From positions 1,604 through 65,603 of IMG/VR virus record IMGVR_UViG_3300036403_000039: a stretch of 64,000 nt of DNA; one strand, written 5' to 3'. The notes under the pieces were generated by a model. It was not told the origin of the DNA. It was given only the letters and a program-made list of their open reading frames with translations, and did not search any database. A program made the translations under genes and the position numbers. Origin of the DNA: a virus (taxonomy: Duplodnaviria > Caudoviricetes). Below are positions 17,811-27,904 of the stretch, one piece after another; position 1 is the first letter of the stretch; each line of letters opens with the position of its first letter.

Positions 17811-18338
17811 ATGGGCATCTCGATTCGCGCTTACGCCCGTCACCGTGGTGTGACCGACACCGCAGTTCACAAGGCCATTCGCGCAGGTCGGATCACGCCG
17901 GAGGCTGACGGCACCATCGATGCCGACCGTGCTGACCGCGAGTGGGCGCGCAACTCCGATGCGCCCAAGGCTGGGACGCGCGCCAAGGCTGTAAAGGCCG
18001 CTGTGCCGGAGGGCAGTGGCGACGGGCCTGCAGCTTTACCTACTGGCGGTGCGTCCCTGCTTCAGGCGCGCACGGTCAACGAGGTGGTCAAGGCGCAGAC
18101 CAACAAGGTGCGGCTGGCCCGACTCAAGGGCGAATTGGTGGATCGGCCGCAGGCCATCGCCCACGTTTTCAAGCTGGCGCGCTCCGAGCGCGATGCGTGG
18201 CTGAACTGGCCCGCTCGCATCTCGGCGCAGATGGCGGCCAAGCTCAATGTCGATCCGCACACGATGCACGTCGCCCTGGAGGCGGCGGTGCGTGAGCATC
18301 TGCAGGAGCTGGGTGAACTGCGGCCCAGGGTGGACTGA
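17811..18338 (+). CDS. Terminase small subunit (Nu1-like)
   Basis: N-terminal HTH SIRAYARHRGVTDTAVHKAIRAGRI, coiled coil, KGELVDR; directly before the large subunit. Confidence 0.75.
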   Translation: MGISIRAYARHRGVTDTAVHKAIRAGRITPEADGTIDADRADREWARNSDAPKAGTRAKAVKAAVPEGSGDGPAALPTGGASLLQARTVNEVVKAQTNKVRLARLKGELVDRPQAIAHVFKLARSERDAWLNWPARISAQMAAKLNVDPHTMHVALEAAVREHLQELGELRPRVD

Positions 18339-20305
18339 TGCTGGACGTTGAATACGAAGGCGCTGCCGAAGTTGAGCGTGCGTGGCGTGAAGGGCTGACA
18401 CCCGATCCCTTGCTCTCGGTGTCCGAATGGTCGGATCGCCACCGGATGCTCTCCAGCAAGGCGTCCGCCGAGCCGGGTCGTTGGCGTACCAGTCGCACGC
18501 CATACCTCAAGGCGATCATGGATTGCCTGTCGCCGACGTCGCCGGTCGAGCGCGTGGTGTTCATGAAGGCTGCCCAGCTCGGTGCGACCGAGATGGGCTC
18601 GAACTGGATCGGCTACGTGATCCACCACGCGCCGGGGCCAATGATGGCGGTGTGGCCGACGGTGGATATGGCCAAGCGCAACTCCAAGCAGCGGATCGAT
18701 CCGTTGATCGAGGAGTCGGCCGCGCTGAGCGAATTGATTTCGCCAGCACGATCCCGAGACTCGGGCAACACCATCCTGGCCAAGGAGTTCCGGGGCGGTG
18801 TGCTGGTGATGACCGGGGCCAACAGCGCGGTCGGCCTGCGGTCGATGCCGGTGCGGTATCTGTTCCTCGACGAGGTGGATGGCTACCCGCTGGACGTCGA
18901 CGGCGAAGGCGATGCGATCTCGCTGGCCGAGGCACGCACGCGAACCTTTGCCCGCCGCAAGATCTTCATCGTCTCGACCCCGACGATCTCGGGGGCGAGC
19001 GCCATCGAACGCGAGTACGAGGCCAGCGATCAGCGTCGGTACTTCGTGCCGTGCCCACATTGCTCGCATCGCCAGTGGCTGCGCTTCGAGCAGTTGCGAT
19101 GGGAAAAGGGGCAACCGGACTCGGCGGCCTACATCTGCGAGTCCTGCGATGAGCCGATTGCCGAGCACCACAAGACATGGATGCTGGAGCACGGCGAGTG
19201 GCGCGCGCTGATCAGCGACGGCACGGGCAAGACGGCGGGGTTTCACCTGTCCTCGCTATACAGCCCGGTCGGCTGGCGCAGTTGGCGCGACATCGCCGCT
19301 GCGTGGGAAAGCTCCGTCAACAAGGAATCGGGGTCGGCGGCCGCCATCAAGACCTTCAAGAACACCGAACTGGGCGAGACCTGGGTCGAGGAAGGCGAAG
19401 CGCCCGATTGGCAACGGCTGGTCGAGCGCCGTGAGGATTACCGCGTCGGCACGGTGCCGCCGGGTGGGCTGCTCCTGGTGGGCGCTGCCGACGTGCAGAA
19501 GGATCGCATCGAGGCGTCTATCTGGGCTTTCGGGCGCGGCAAGGAGTCTTGGTTGGTGGAGCACCGGGTGCTGATGGGTGGCACCGCCCGCGACGCCGTC
19601 TGGAAGCGACTGGCCGAATTGATCGCCGAGAACTGGACACACGACTCAGGCGCGGCGATGCCCTTGGCCCGCTTTGCGCTGGACACCGGCTTTGCGACGC
19701 AGGAGGCCTACGCCTTCGTGCGCGCCTGCCGCGACCCGCGCGTGATGCCTGTGAAAGGCGTGCCGCGCGGGGCCGCGCTGATTGGTACGCCGACTGCCGT
19801 TGACATCTCGCAGGGCGGCAAGAAGCTGCGCCGGGGCATCAAGGTGTATTCGGTCGCCGTGGGCATCGCCAAGCTGGAGTTCTACAACAACCTGCGCAAG
19901 GGCGCGGACGTCAGCGAGGACGGTGTGACCACGTTGTTCCCGGCTGGGTTTGTTCACCTGCCCAAGATCGACGCTGAGTTCATCCAGCAGCTCTGTGCAG
20001 AGCAGTTGATCACCCGCCGCGACCGCAATGGCTTCCCGATTCGGGAGTGGCAAAAGATGCGCGAGCGCAACGAAGCGCTCGACTGCTACGTGTACGCCCG
20101 GGCGGCCGCATCGGCGGCGGGCCTGGATCGCTTCGAGGAGCGCCACTGGCGCGAACTGGAACGGCAACTCGGGATGGAACGGCCACCCGATGAGCCGCCC
20201 CCGATTCAAACATTCGACCCAGAAGAGGCCACCCAACGCGGTGGCCTTTCTGTTTCTGCAACCCCACCACGGCGGCGCGTCATCAAGAGCCGCTGGTTGT
20301 CCTGA
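18338..20305 (+). CDS. Terminase large subunit, lambda GpA family
   Basis: RTPY, KAAQLGATE, LFLDEVDGYP, STPT, CPHC, ADVQKDR, RNEALDC. Confidence 0.95.
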   Translation: MLDVEYEGAAEVERAWREGLTPDPLLSVSEWSDRHRMLSSKASAEPGRWRTSRTPYLKAIMDCLSPTSPVERVVFMKAAQLGATEMGSNWIGYVIHHAPGPMMAVWPTVDMAKRNSKQRIDPLIEESAALSELISPARSRDSGNTILAKEFRGGVLVMTGANSAVGLRSMPVRYLFLDEVDGYPLDVDGEGDAISLAEARTRTFARRKIFIVSTPTISGASAIEREYEASDQRRYFVPCPHCSHRQWLRFEQLRWEKGQPDSAAYICESCDEPIAEHHKTWMLEHGEWRALISDGTGKTAGFHLSSLYSPVGWRSWRDIAAAWESSVNKESGSAAAIKTFKNTELGETWVEEGEAPDWQRLVERREDYRVGTVPPGGLLLVGAADVQKDRIEASIWAFGRGKESWLVEHRVLMGGTARDAVWKRLAELIAENWTHDSGAAMPLARFALDTGFATQEAYAFVRACRDPRVMPVKGVPRGAALIGTPTAVDISQGGKKLRRGIKVYSVAVGIAKLEFYNNLRKGADVSEDGVTTLFPAGFVHLPKIDAEFIQQLCAEQLITRRDRNGFPIREWQKMRERNEALDCYVYARAAASAAGLDRFEERHWRELERQLGMERPPDEPPPIQTFDPEEATQRGGLSVSATPPRRRVIKSRWLS

Positions 20306-20322
20306 TTTTCAGAGGAGTTTTC

Positions 20323-20814
20323 ATGAGTCTTGCCACCCGTATCGAGAGCCTGGTCATCCGGGTTGCTCAGGAGTTCAACGACGTTCGCGCGACGGCAGGC
20401 AGTCTGGCCAGTCTGTCCACCAACGACAAGTCGAGTCTGGTCGCCGCCATCAACGAGCTCAAGGCAGCGGTTCTGTCCGCGATGGCCATTGACGACAACC
20501 AGATCGCCACCAACAGCACCTACTCGTCGAACAAGATCGTGTCGCTGCTGGACGCGCTCAAGGCCGACATTCTGGGTGGGGCCGACGCCGCCTACGACAC
20601 CCTGGTCGAAATCCAGCAGCTGCTACAGAACGGCACCAGCGGTCTGGACGCGATTCTGAGCGCCGTCAATCTGCGCGTGCGCTTCGATGCGGCGCAGTCC
20701 TTGACGGTAGCCGAGCAGCTGCAGGCCCGCACCAACATCGGCGCGGTCGCGGTCAGCGATGTCGGCAACACCGACACCGACTTCGTCGTGATCTTCGACG
20801 GGGCGCTGGCCTGA
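20323..20814 (+). CDS. Fibre-like virion protein
   Basis: TNDKSSLVAAINEL, YSSNKI, YDTLVEI, QARTNIG fibre-type motifs. Confidence 0.65.
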   Translation: MSLATRIESLVIRVAQEFNDVRATAGSLASLSTNDKSSLVAAINELKAAVLSAMAIDDNQIATNSTYSSNKIVSLLDALKADILGGADAAYDTLVEIQQLLQNGTSGLDAILSAVNLRVRFDAAQSLTVAEQLQARTNIGAVAVSDVGNTDTDFVVIFDGALA

Positions 20815-21206
20815 TGAGTCTTGCGTCCAGCATCGCCGCCTTGGCGTCGCGTATCGGCTTCGAGGTCAAAACCAAGATCGACGCCACCCATCCCGGCATC
20901 GCACGGGTGTGGGTCAGCTTCGGCTACGGGGGCGGTCAGGTCGTGATCGGCAGCGCGCACAACGTCGCCAGCGTGGTGCGCACGGCGGCTGGTCGGTACC
21001 GCGTGCATTTCGCTGTGGCGATGCCGGATACGAATTACTGCTGGACAGCGCTCGCCCGCAGCAGCACCAACACCGGCCAGCAGCGCTTAGCCCTGGTGCG
21101 TGCCAGCTCCGACCTCAAGACCGCGCAGTACGTCGACATCTCGTGTGCGACGGCGGCGTTGTCGTTTGACGACTCCTCTGAAATCAACCTCGTGGTGTAC
21201 CGCTGA
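20814..21206 (+). CDS. Small fibre-tip-like protein
   Basis: Shares MSLA..I..L..R N-terminus with the preceding gene; beta-rich NVASVVRTAAGRYRVHF. Confidence 0.6.
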   Translation: MSLASSIAALASRIGFEVKTKIDATHPGIARVWVSFGYGGGQVVIGSAHNVASVVRTAAGRYRVHFAVAMPDTNYCWTALARSSTNTGQQRLALVRASSDLKTAQYVDISCATAALSFDDSSEINLVVYR

Positions 21207-21427
21207 TGGCCTACACAGAAGCCCAACTCCAGGCATTGGAGACCGCCCTCGCCAAGGGCGAACACCGCGTTAGCTTCGGCGACAAGACCGTCGAGTACCG
21301 CTCGGTCGATGAGCTAAAGGCGGCGATCCGCGAAGTCAAGCGCGGCATCCTGGAGCAGGCAGCCGCCACCGGGCTATGGCCGGGTGCGCCGCGCCAGATC
21401 CGGGTCACGACCTCGAAGGGGTTCTGA
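21206..21427 (+). CDS. Head-tail joining protein (gpW-like)
   Basis: 73 aa, KTVEYRSVDELKAAI, immediately before the portal. Confidence 0.8.
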   Translation: MAYTEAQLQALETALAKGEHRVSFGDKTVEYRSVDELKAAIREVKRGILEQAAATGLWPGAPRQIRVTTSKGF

Positions 21428-22938
21428 TGGCCTGGTATTCAAAGATCCGCAGCCTGTTCGGCCAGCAGCCCGTCCACGAAGCGGCTGGCCGTGGTCGCCG
21501 CTCTTTGGCTTGGATGCCCGGCAACCCAGGCGCGGTCGCCGCGATGCTGGCGACCAACACCGAACAGCGCATCAAGAGCCGCGACCTCGTGCGCCGCAAT
21601 GCCTGGGCGCAGGCCGGTATCGAAGCCTTCGTGTCCAACGCGGTCGGTACTGGCATCAAGCCGCAGAGTCTGGCAGCAGACGAGCGCTTCAAGACCGACC
21701 TGCAGGCGCTGTGGCGTGACTGGACGGAGGAAGCCGACGCTGCAGGTCAGACCGACTTCTATGGGCTGCAGGCGCTGGCCTGCCGCGCGATGCTCGAGGG
21801 CGGTGAATGCCTGATCCGGCTGCGCCCGCGTCGTCCGGAAGATGGCTTGGTGGTGCCCTTGCAACTGCAGTTGCTGGAGCCCGAGCACCTGCCGATCAGT
21901 CTCAACCTCGATCTGCCTTCGGGCAACGTGGTGCGCTCTGGCATCGAATTCGACAGCCTTGGGCGGCGCGTCGCTTACCACCTGTACCGCTCGCACCCCG
22001 AAGACGGTCGGCTGGCTCCGATGTCGGGCCAGGGCGGGATGGACACGGTGCGCATCGATGCGAAGGAAATCATCCACCTGTTCCGCGTCCTGCGTCCCGG
22101 CCAGATCCGGGGCGAGCCGTGGTTGTCGCGGGCCCTGGTCAAGCTCAACGAACTCGACCAGTACGACGACGCCGAACTGGTGCGCAAGAAGACCGCCGCG
22201 ATGTTCGCTGGCTTCGTCACGCGACAGAACCCAGAGGACAACCTGATGGGCGAAGGTGCTGCTGATGGCGATGGCATCGCGCTGGCCGGTCTGGAGCCGG
22301 GCACCTTGCAGATATTGGAGCCCGGCGAGGACATCAAGTTCTCCGACCCAGCCGACGTCGGTGGCTCGTATGGCGAGTTTCTGCGCACGCAGTTCCGCGC
22401 GGTTGCCGCTGCCATCGGCGTCACCTACGAGCAGTTGACTGGCGATCTCACAGGCGTGAACTACTCGTCCATTCGCGCCGGGATGCTGGAGTTCCGGCGT
22501 CGCTGCGAGATGGTGCAGCACGGGGTTCTTGTGCATCAGATGTGCCGTCCGGTTTGGGCCGCGTGGATGAAGCAGGCCGTGCTCGCCGGTGCCATCGAAG
22601 CGCCCGGCTTCGCGCGTGGCGGCCCAGCCCGTCGCCGCCAGTACCTGCAGGTGAAGTGGATTCCCCAGGGCTGGCAGTGGGTCGACCCTGAGAAGGAGTT
22701 CAAGGCAATGCTGCTGGCCATCCGGGCGGGCCTGATGAGCCGCTCGGAAGCCATCGCTGCCTTTGGCTACGACGCTGAGGACGTTGACCGCGAGATCGCC
22801 GCCGACAACCAGCGAGCCGACGACCTCGGCTTGATCTTCGACTCCGACCCGCGCCGCACGTCCAAGGACGGCGGAAGCGCCGAGCCGAACAAGAACGCTG
22901 CAGACACCACGCAAAACAGCGACACATCGTCTGCCTGA
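21427..22938 (+). CDS. Portal protein, lambda family
   Basis: SRDLVRRN, RPGQIRGEP, VNYSSIRAG, WVDPEKE. Confidence 0.94.
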   Translation: MAWYSKIRSLFGQQPVHEAAGRGRRSLAWMPGNPGAVAAMLATNTEQRIKSRDLVRRNAWAQAGIEAFVSNAVGTGIKPQSLAADERFKTDLQALWRDWTEEADAAGQTDFYGLQALACRAMLEGGECLIRLRPRRPEDGLVVPLQLQLLEPEHLPISLNLDLPSGNVVRSGIEFDSLGRRVAYHLYRSHPEDGRLAPMSGQGGMDTVRIDAKEIIHLFRVLRPGQIRGEPWLSRALVKLNELDQYDDAELVRKKTAAMFAGFVTRQNPEDNLMGEGAADGDGIALAGLEPGTLQILEPGEDIKFSDPADVGGSYGEFLRTQFRAVAAAIGVTYEQLTGDLTGVNYSSIRAGMLEFRRRCEMVQHGVLVHQMCRPVWAAWMKQAVLAGAIEAPGFARGGPARRRQYLQVKWIPQGWQWVDPEKEFKAMLLAIRAGLMSRSEAIAAFGYDAEDVDREIAADNQRADDLGLIFDSDPRRTSKDGGSAEPNKNAADTTQNSDTSSA

Positions 22939-22947
22939 AGGAATCCC

Positions 22948-24177
22948 ATGACCCTGTTGCCCCATTTGGCGGCACGCCTCTACGGTGTGCCGCTGGCGAT
23001 CCATCGCCCAAAACTTGATGTGATCCTGGCCGTGCTCGGCCCCCGGATCGGCTTGGCTGACTTGGCTACACCCTCGGCCTTCACGCCGCCCGTGCGTCCC
23101 GCAGCCACCCAGACGACGAAGGTCGCGGTCATTCCAATCCACGGCACGCTGGTGCGACGCACCGTGGGCCTGGAAGCCGAATCCGGCTTGACCAGCTACG
23201 CCGGTCTCAGCGCGCAGTTGGACGCCGCGCTGGCCAGCCCGGATGTCGCCGCCATCCTGCTTGACGTCGACTCACCGGGTGGCGAGTCGGGCGGCGTGTT
23301 CGATCTGGCCGACCGCATCCGTGCGGCTGCCCAGACGAAGCCGGTCTGGGCAGTGGCCAACGACATGGCCTTTTCAGCGGCCTACGCACTCGCGTCTGCT
23401 GCCAGCAAGGTGTTCGTGTCACGCACCGGCGGCGTCGGCTCGATTGGCGTCATTGCGATGCACGTCGACCAGTCCGAGAGGGATGCACAGGACGGCGTTC
23501 GCTACACGGCGGTCTTTGCGGGCGACCGCAAGAACGATCTCAACCCGCACGAGCCGATTTCCAGCGAAGCCCACGCCTTTCTCAAGGGCGAGGTGAATCG
23601 CGTCTACGGCCTGTTCGTCGAGACGGTGGCCCGAAACCGGGGCATCGAGGCATCTGCCGTGCGTGACACCGAGGCGGGGCTGTTCTTCGGGCAAGCCGCC
23701 GTTGCCATCGGGCTGGCCGACGCCATCGGCACCTTCGACGACGCCCTTGCGCAGCTTTGCGAATCCGTTTCCCCACTCCCGAAGTTGGCGGCAAGCCACT
23801 CCGGTCTTTTTAGCAACCCCCAGATGGAGTCATCAATGAATGATCGAACCGACCCCGCTGCTCCTGATCGGCTTGCTGCTGATCCTGCTGGCAGTTCTTC
23901 TCAACAGGCGGCCGCCACCGCCATGACCGTGGCCGACGCGATTGAGGTCGCCCAGACCTGCACCCTGGCCGCGCGCACCGACCTGATCGCAGGCTTCCTC
24001 GAAGCGAAGGCATCACCCGCCAAGGTACGCAGCCAGTTGCTGGCGGCGAAGGCCGAAGCGTCCCCCGAAATCGTCAGCCGCATCGCTCCCGATGCTGCTG
24101 CATCCACGAGCAACCCGCTGCTCGATGCCGCGAAGCAGCTCGCGGCCAAGTCCGCATCACTGAAGAAGGAGATCTGA
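22948..24177 (+). CDS. S49 prohead protease/scaffold (lambda gpC-like)
   Basis: DVDSPGGE, AFSAAY, VGSIGV; low-complexity scaffold-like C-terminus. Confidence 0.92.
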   Translation: MTLLPHLAARLYGVPLAIHRPKLDVILAVLGPRIGLADLATPSAFTPPVRPAATQTTKVAVIPIHGTLVRRTVGLEAESGLTSYAGLSAQLDAALASPDVAAILLDVDSPGGESGGVFDLADRIRAAAQTKPVWAVANDMAFSAAYALASAASKVFVSRTGGVGSIGVIAMHVDQSERDAQDGVRYTAVFAGDRKNDLNPHEPISSEAHAFLKGEVNRVYGLFVETVARNRGIEASAVRDTEAGLFFGQAAVAIGLADAIGTFDDALAQLCESVSPLPKLAASHSGLFSNPQMESSMNDRTDPAAPDRLAADPAGSSSQQAAATAMTVADAIEVAQTCTLAARTDLIAGFLEAKASPAKVRSQLLAAKAEASPEIVSRIAPDAAASTSNPLLDAAKQLAAKSASLKKEI

Positions 24178-24178
24178 G

Positions 24179-24559
24179 ATGCCCACCGTGTTTTCTGAAT
24201 CGATGAACTTGGGCGACCTGCTCAAGTACGAGGCCCCGAACCTCTACTCGCGCGACCGCGTCACCGTGGTCGCAGGCCAGACCCTGCCGCTGGGCGCGGT
24301 CGTCGGGATGGTCACTGCCACGGGCAAGGTCAAGCAGATCGACCCCTCGGCCACTGACGGCAGCCAGTACGCCGCTGGCGTGCTGATGCAGGCCGTCGAT
24401 GCCGCCCTGGCCGAACGTCCGGACGGTCTGATGGTGGCGCGTCACGCCATCGTCGCCGACCACGCGCTGCAGTGGCCCACCGGCATCACCACCGCCGAGC
24501 AGCAGGCGGCCGTTGCCCAGCTCAAGGCGCTGGGTGTCCTCGTTCGCCAAGGAGTATGA
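24179..24559 (+). CDS. Head decoration protein (gpD-like)
   Basis: Between protease and capsid; SRDRVTV, ATDGSQYAAGVL. Confidence 0.85.
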   Translation: MPTVFSESMNLGDLLKYEAPNLYSRDRVTVVAGQTLPLGAVVGMVTATGKVKQIDPSATDGSQYAAGVLMQAVDAALAERPDGLMVARHAIVADHALQWPTGITTAEQQAAVAQLKALGVLVRQGV

Positions 24560-24561
24560 CC

Positions 24562-25581
24562 ATGCAGAACATCTTCGAAAACCCCGCCTTCTCGATGTCG
24601 GCGCTCACCGCCGCCATCAACTTCCTGCCCAACAACTACGACCTCCTGGGCGCGATGGGCCTGTTTGTCGACAAGCCGCAGCGTTTTCGCTCGGTGATCG
24701 TGGAAGAGCAGAACGGTGTGCTCACCCTGCTGCCAACGATGCCCCCGGGCTCGCCGGGCACCGTGGGCGTGCGCGGCAAGCGCAAGGTGCGCTCGTTCAC
24801 CATTCCGCACATCCCCCACGACGACGTGATCCTGCCGGAGGAAGTTCAGGGCATCCGCGCCTTTGGTTCGGAGACGGAACTGCAGACCGTGGCGGGCGTG
24901 ATGGCGCAGCACCTGCAGACGATGCGCAACAAGCACGCGATCACGCTGGAGCATCTGCGCTTCGGCGCGCTCAAGGGTCAAATCCTGGACGCCGATGGCA
25001 GCGTGATCTACGACCTCTACAACGAATTCGAGATCACGCCCAAGGAGTTCGCCTTTGAAATTGCCGATCCCGCCAGCGGGTTCGACGTCAAGAAGGCCTG
25101 TCTGGACGTCGTCCGCTACGTCGAGGACAACCTGCAGGGCGAACGTATGAGCGGCCTGCACGCCTTCGTCGGCGAGGACTTCTTCGACGCGCTCACCGGG
25201 CACGATGAGGTCAAGGCCGCTTACGACCGCTGGCAGGATGGGCAAGCGCTGCGCACCGATATGCGCGCGGGCTTCACCTTTGCCGGGATCACCTTCGAAG
25301 AGCATCGCGGCCGGGCCTTCGCGCCGGGCAGTGCTGTGCGCCGATTCGTCGAACCCGATGAGGGTCACATCCTGCCGCTGGGCACGATGGACACCTTCGC
25401 CACCTACTACGCGCCCGCCGACTTCAACGAGACGGCTAATACGGTGGCGCTGCCGCTGTACGCGAAGCAGGAGCCGCGCAAGTTCGACCGGGGTACCGAT
25501 CTGCACACGCAGGCCAATCCGCTGCCGCTGTGCCACCGCCCGGCGCTGCTGGTCAAGCTGGTCATGGGCGCTGGTGTATGA
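24562..25581 (+). CDS. Major capsid protein, lambda gpE family
   Basis: FSMSALTAAIN, EHLRFGALKGQILDADG, QANPLPLCHRP. Confidence 0.9.
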   Translation: MQNIFENPAFSMSALTAAINFLPNNYDLLGAMGLFVDKPQRFRSVIVEEQNGVLTLLPTMPPGSPGTVGVRGKRKVRSFTIPHIPHDDVILPEEVQGIRAFGSETELQTVAGVMAQHLQTMRNKHAITLEHLRFGALKGQILDADGSVIYDLYNEFEITPKEFAFEIADPASGFDVKKACLDVVRYVEDNLQGERMSGLHAFVGEDFFDALTGHDEVKAAYDRWQDGQALRTDMRAGFTFAGITFEEHRGRAFAPGSAVRRFVEPDEGHILPLGTMDTFATYYAPADFNETANTVALPLYAKQEPRKFDRGTDLHTQANPLPLCHRPALLVKLVMGAGV

Positions 25582-25880
25582 GTCTGGTCGCTCAGATCTA
25601 TGAGTCAGCCGCGAACGCGGGGCTGCTGAAGGAATGCCTTTGGTATCCGTCGAACGGTGCACCATCACAACGGCATCAGGTCGGCTTTGCCGCGCCGGAT
25701 GAATCCGTTCTAGACGGCCTGACCTTGAGCACCGACTATGAGATGACCTACCCGGTCACTGCGCTCAATGGCCTTGCTGCACGCGAGGTGGTCGAGGTCG
25801 GTGGATCGTCCTTCCAGGTACGAGACATCCGAGCCGTGGGCGACGGTTCCGAACTCCGCGCCAAGCTGACCCGGTTGTAA
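25578..25880 (+). CDS. Head-tail joining/closure protein
   Basis: 100 aa after the capsid gene; ends GDGSELRAKLTRL. Confidence 0.7.
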   Translation: MSLVAQIYESAANAGLLKECLWYPSNGAPSQRHQVGFAAPDESVLDGLTLSTDYEMTYPVTALNGLAAREVVEVGGSSFQVRDIRAVGDGSELRAKLTRL

Positions 25881-25884
25881 CCGT

Positions 25885-26331
25885 ATGGCTGACAACTCGA
25901 TCCGCGAGCGGATTCTGCTGGCGGTGATGGCGGCTGCCCGTCCTGCGGCCGAGGGACTCGGAGCCACGCTGCACCGTTCGCCCACGGTGGCTATCAGCCG
26001 CGAGCAATGCCCCGCGCTGGCGGTGTTTCCCGAGTCGGAGTCCATCACCGAGCGGGCCAACGACCGCGTCACACGCGACCTGATTGTCCGCGTCGTCGCG
26101 CTCGCGCGGTCGGTACCACCCGCGTCCCCCGAAACCGAGGCCGACCGTCTGCTCACCGCTGCCCACGCTTCCTTGTTTGTGGACGGCACTTTCGGTGGTT
26201 TGGCACTGGGCATCCGTGAGCAGGAAAGCGAGTGGGAGGTCGAGGACGCCGATGCCGTGGCCGTGGCTCTCCCGGCGCGGTACCGCATCACGTACCGGAC
26301 GCTGGCCAATGACCTTTCAACCCTTGGATGA
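25885..26331 (+). CDS. Tail terminator-like protein
   Basis: SIRERILLAV start; position before the major tail gene. Confidence 0.65.
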   Translation: MADNSIRERILLAVMAAARPAAEGLGATLHRSPTVAISREQCPALAVFPESESITERANDRVTRDLIVRVVALARSVPPASPETEADRLLTAAHASLFVDGTFGGLALGIREQESEWEVEDADAVAVALPARYRITYRTLANDLSTLG

Positions 26332-26537
26332 CCCCTATGACCCAACTTGTCTTGACACGCCCGCACACCCACGCGGGCAAGACGCTTGGCGTCGGTGACC
26401 GGATCGAGATCGACGCTACATCAGCCGACTGGCTGATCGCGCACGGTATCGCCACGCCGGAGCCGACCGTCCCAGCCTCTGAACCCTTCACTGACCCTGA
26501 ACCCAAACCCCTCCAACGCAAGGAACCCAAGCAATGA
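26328..26537 (+). CDS. Small phage protein
   Basis: Coupled ORF, HTHAGKTLGVGDRIEI. Confidence 0.6.
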   Translation: MTPMTQLVLTRPHTHAGKTLGVGDRIEIDATSADWLIAHGIATPEPTVPASEPFTDPEPKPLQRKEPKQ

Positions 26538-27286
26538 GCACCTATGCCAGTTTTCAAGGCCGCGTATTCCTCGGCAAGCGCGACACCGACGGCCTTCCAA
26601 TCGAAGTGCGCTCGCCCGGCAACGTCGCCGAGCTGAAGCTCTCCCTCAAGACCGATGTCCTGGAGCACTACGAAAGCCAAACCGGCCAGCGCTCGCTGGA
26701 TCACCGGATGGTCAAGCAGAAGTCCGCCACAGTGAACCTCACCATTGAGGAATTCACCAAGGAGAACCTCGCGCTGGCCCTGTACGGTAATCACGTCGTC
26801 GGCACGCCGGGCACGCTCACCGCCGAGCCGGTGGGCGGTGCAACGCCGATTGCGGGCGACCGCTACTTCCTGGCCCACCCGAAGGTGTCGTCCCTGGTCG
26901 TGGTGGATTCGGCAGGCACGCCCGCGACCCTGGTCTTGGGCACGAACTACACCGCTGACCCCGACTTCGGTGCCATCCAGTTTCTGGATACCACCGGCTT
27001 CACTGCGCCGTTCAAGGCCAGTTACGCCTACGGTGTGGCCACCGAGATCGGCATCTTCACGCAGGCACTGCCGGAGCGTTTCCTGCGGCTCGAAGGCATC
27101 AACACCGCCCAGGGCAATGCCAAGGTGCTGGTCGAGCTCTACCGCGTGGCATTCGATCCGCTGAAGGAAATCTCCTTCATCTCGGACGAGTACAACAAGT
27201 TCGAGCTGGAGGGATCGCTGCTGGCCGACACCACCAAGCCCTTCGACGCGGTGCTGGGCCAGTTCGGCCGCATCGTGCAACTGTGA
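26534..27286 (+). CDS. Major tail (tube) protein
   Basis: 250 aa, GQFGRI end; before chaperone and tape measure genes. Confidence 0.78.
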   Translation: MSTYASFQGRVFLGKRDTDGLPIEVRSPGNVAELKLSLKTDVLEHYESQTGQRSLDHRMVKQKSATVNLTIEEFTKENLALALYGNHVVGTPGTLTAEPVGGATPIAGDRYFLAHPKVSSLVVVDSAGTPATLVLGTNYTADPDFGAIQFLDTTGFTAPFKASYAYGVATEIGIFTQALPERFLRLEGINTAQGNAKVLVELYRVAFDPLKEISFISDEYNKFELEGSLLADTTKPFDAVLGQFGRIVQL

Positions 27287-27297
27287 TGGGTGCCGCC

Positions 27298-27699
27298 ATG
27301 AGTGATCTGGACACCCTGATTCCGCAGGCGGTCGAACTGGTGATCGACGGTGAGCCGCTGGCCATCAAACCGCTGAAGGTCGGGCAGATGCCCGGTTTTC
27401 TGCGAGCGATCTCGCCGGTGATGCAGCAGCTCACTGCCTCCAACATCGACTGGCTGGCGTTGTTCGGCGAGCGCGGCGACGACCTGCTGTCGGCCATCGC
27501 CATTGCCGTCGGCAAGCCTCGGGCGTGGGTCGATGAGCTGGCTGCCGACGAGGCAATCCTGCTGGCGGCCAAGGTGATCGAGGTGAACGCCGATTTTTTT
27601 ACCCGGACGGTGATCCCGAAGCTCGACGGGCTGTTCGGCCAAGCGAAGCTGCCGCCCATCGTGAAAGCGGTGGCTGGTTTGACGCCGTCCAGCACCTGA
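27298..27699 (+). CDS. Tail assembly chaperone (gpG-like)
   Basis: After the tail tube gene; VNADFF encoded over a T7 slippery run. Confidence 0.78.
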   Translation: MSDLDTLIPQAVELVIDGEPLAIKPLKVGQMPGFLRAISPVMQQLTASNIDWLALFGERGDDLLSAIAIAVGKPRAWVDELAADEAILLAAKVIEVNADFFTRTVIPKLDGLFGQAKLPPIVKAVAGLTPSST

Positions 27700-27899
27700 T
27701 CGAGCACGGCCACCGCCTGCAGGACATCCTCGACTACACGTTGGCGCAGGTGCGCGGCTTCGTCGCTGCGACGGCGCGCACCGATGCGGCCCGCGACGCT
27801 CGGCTGCTGTCCGTGATTGCCATCGGCACGCGCAGCGATGCCCGCCACCTCGACCAAACCCTCGACCGACTCACCGACAAGGCAACCGACCGTGCCTGA
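27594..27899 (+). CDS. -1 frameshift extension of tail chaperone (gpGT-like)
   Basis: T-TTT-TTT at 27594-27600; -1 frame open to TGA 27897-27899 (..WFDAVQHLIEHGHRLQDILDYTLAQVRGF..). Confidence 0.72.
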   Translation, partial: FFYPDGDPEARRAVRPSEAAAHRESGGWFDAVQHLIEHGHRLQDILDYTLAQVRGFVAATARTDAARDARLLSVIAIGTRSDARHLDQTLDRLTDKATDRA

Positions 27900-27904
27900 C
27901 GACC

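Noticed and set aside
21439-23142. Long antisense ORFs (also 39602-41320, 51678-53525, 13358-14857, 24442-25668)
   Set aside because: Shadows of well-supported genes in GC-rich DNA; no motifs
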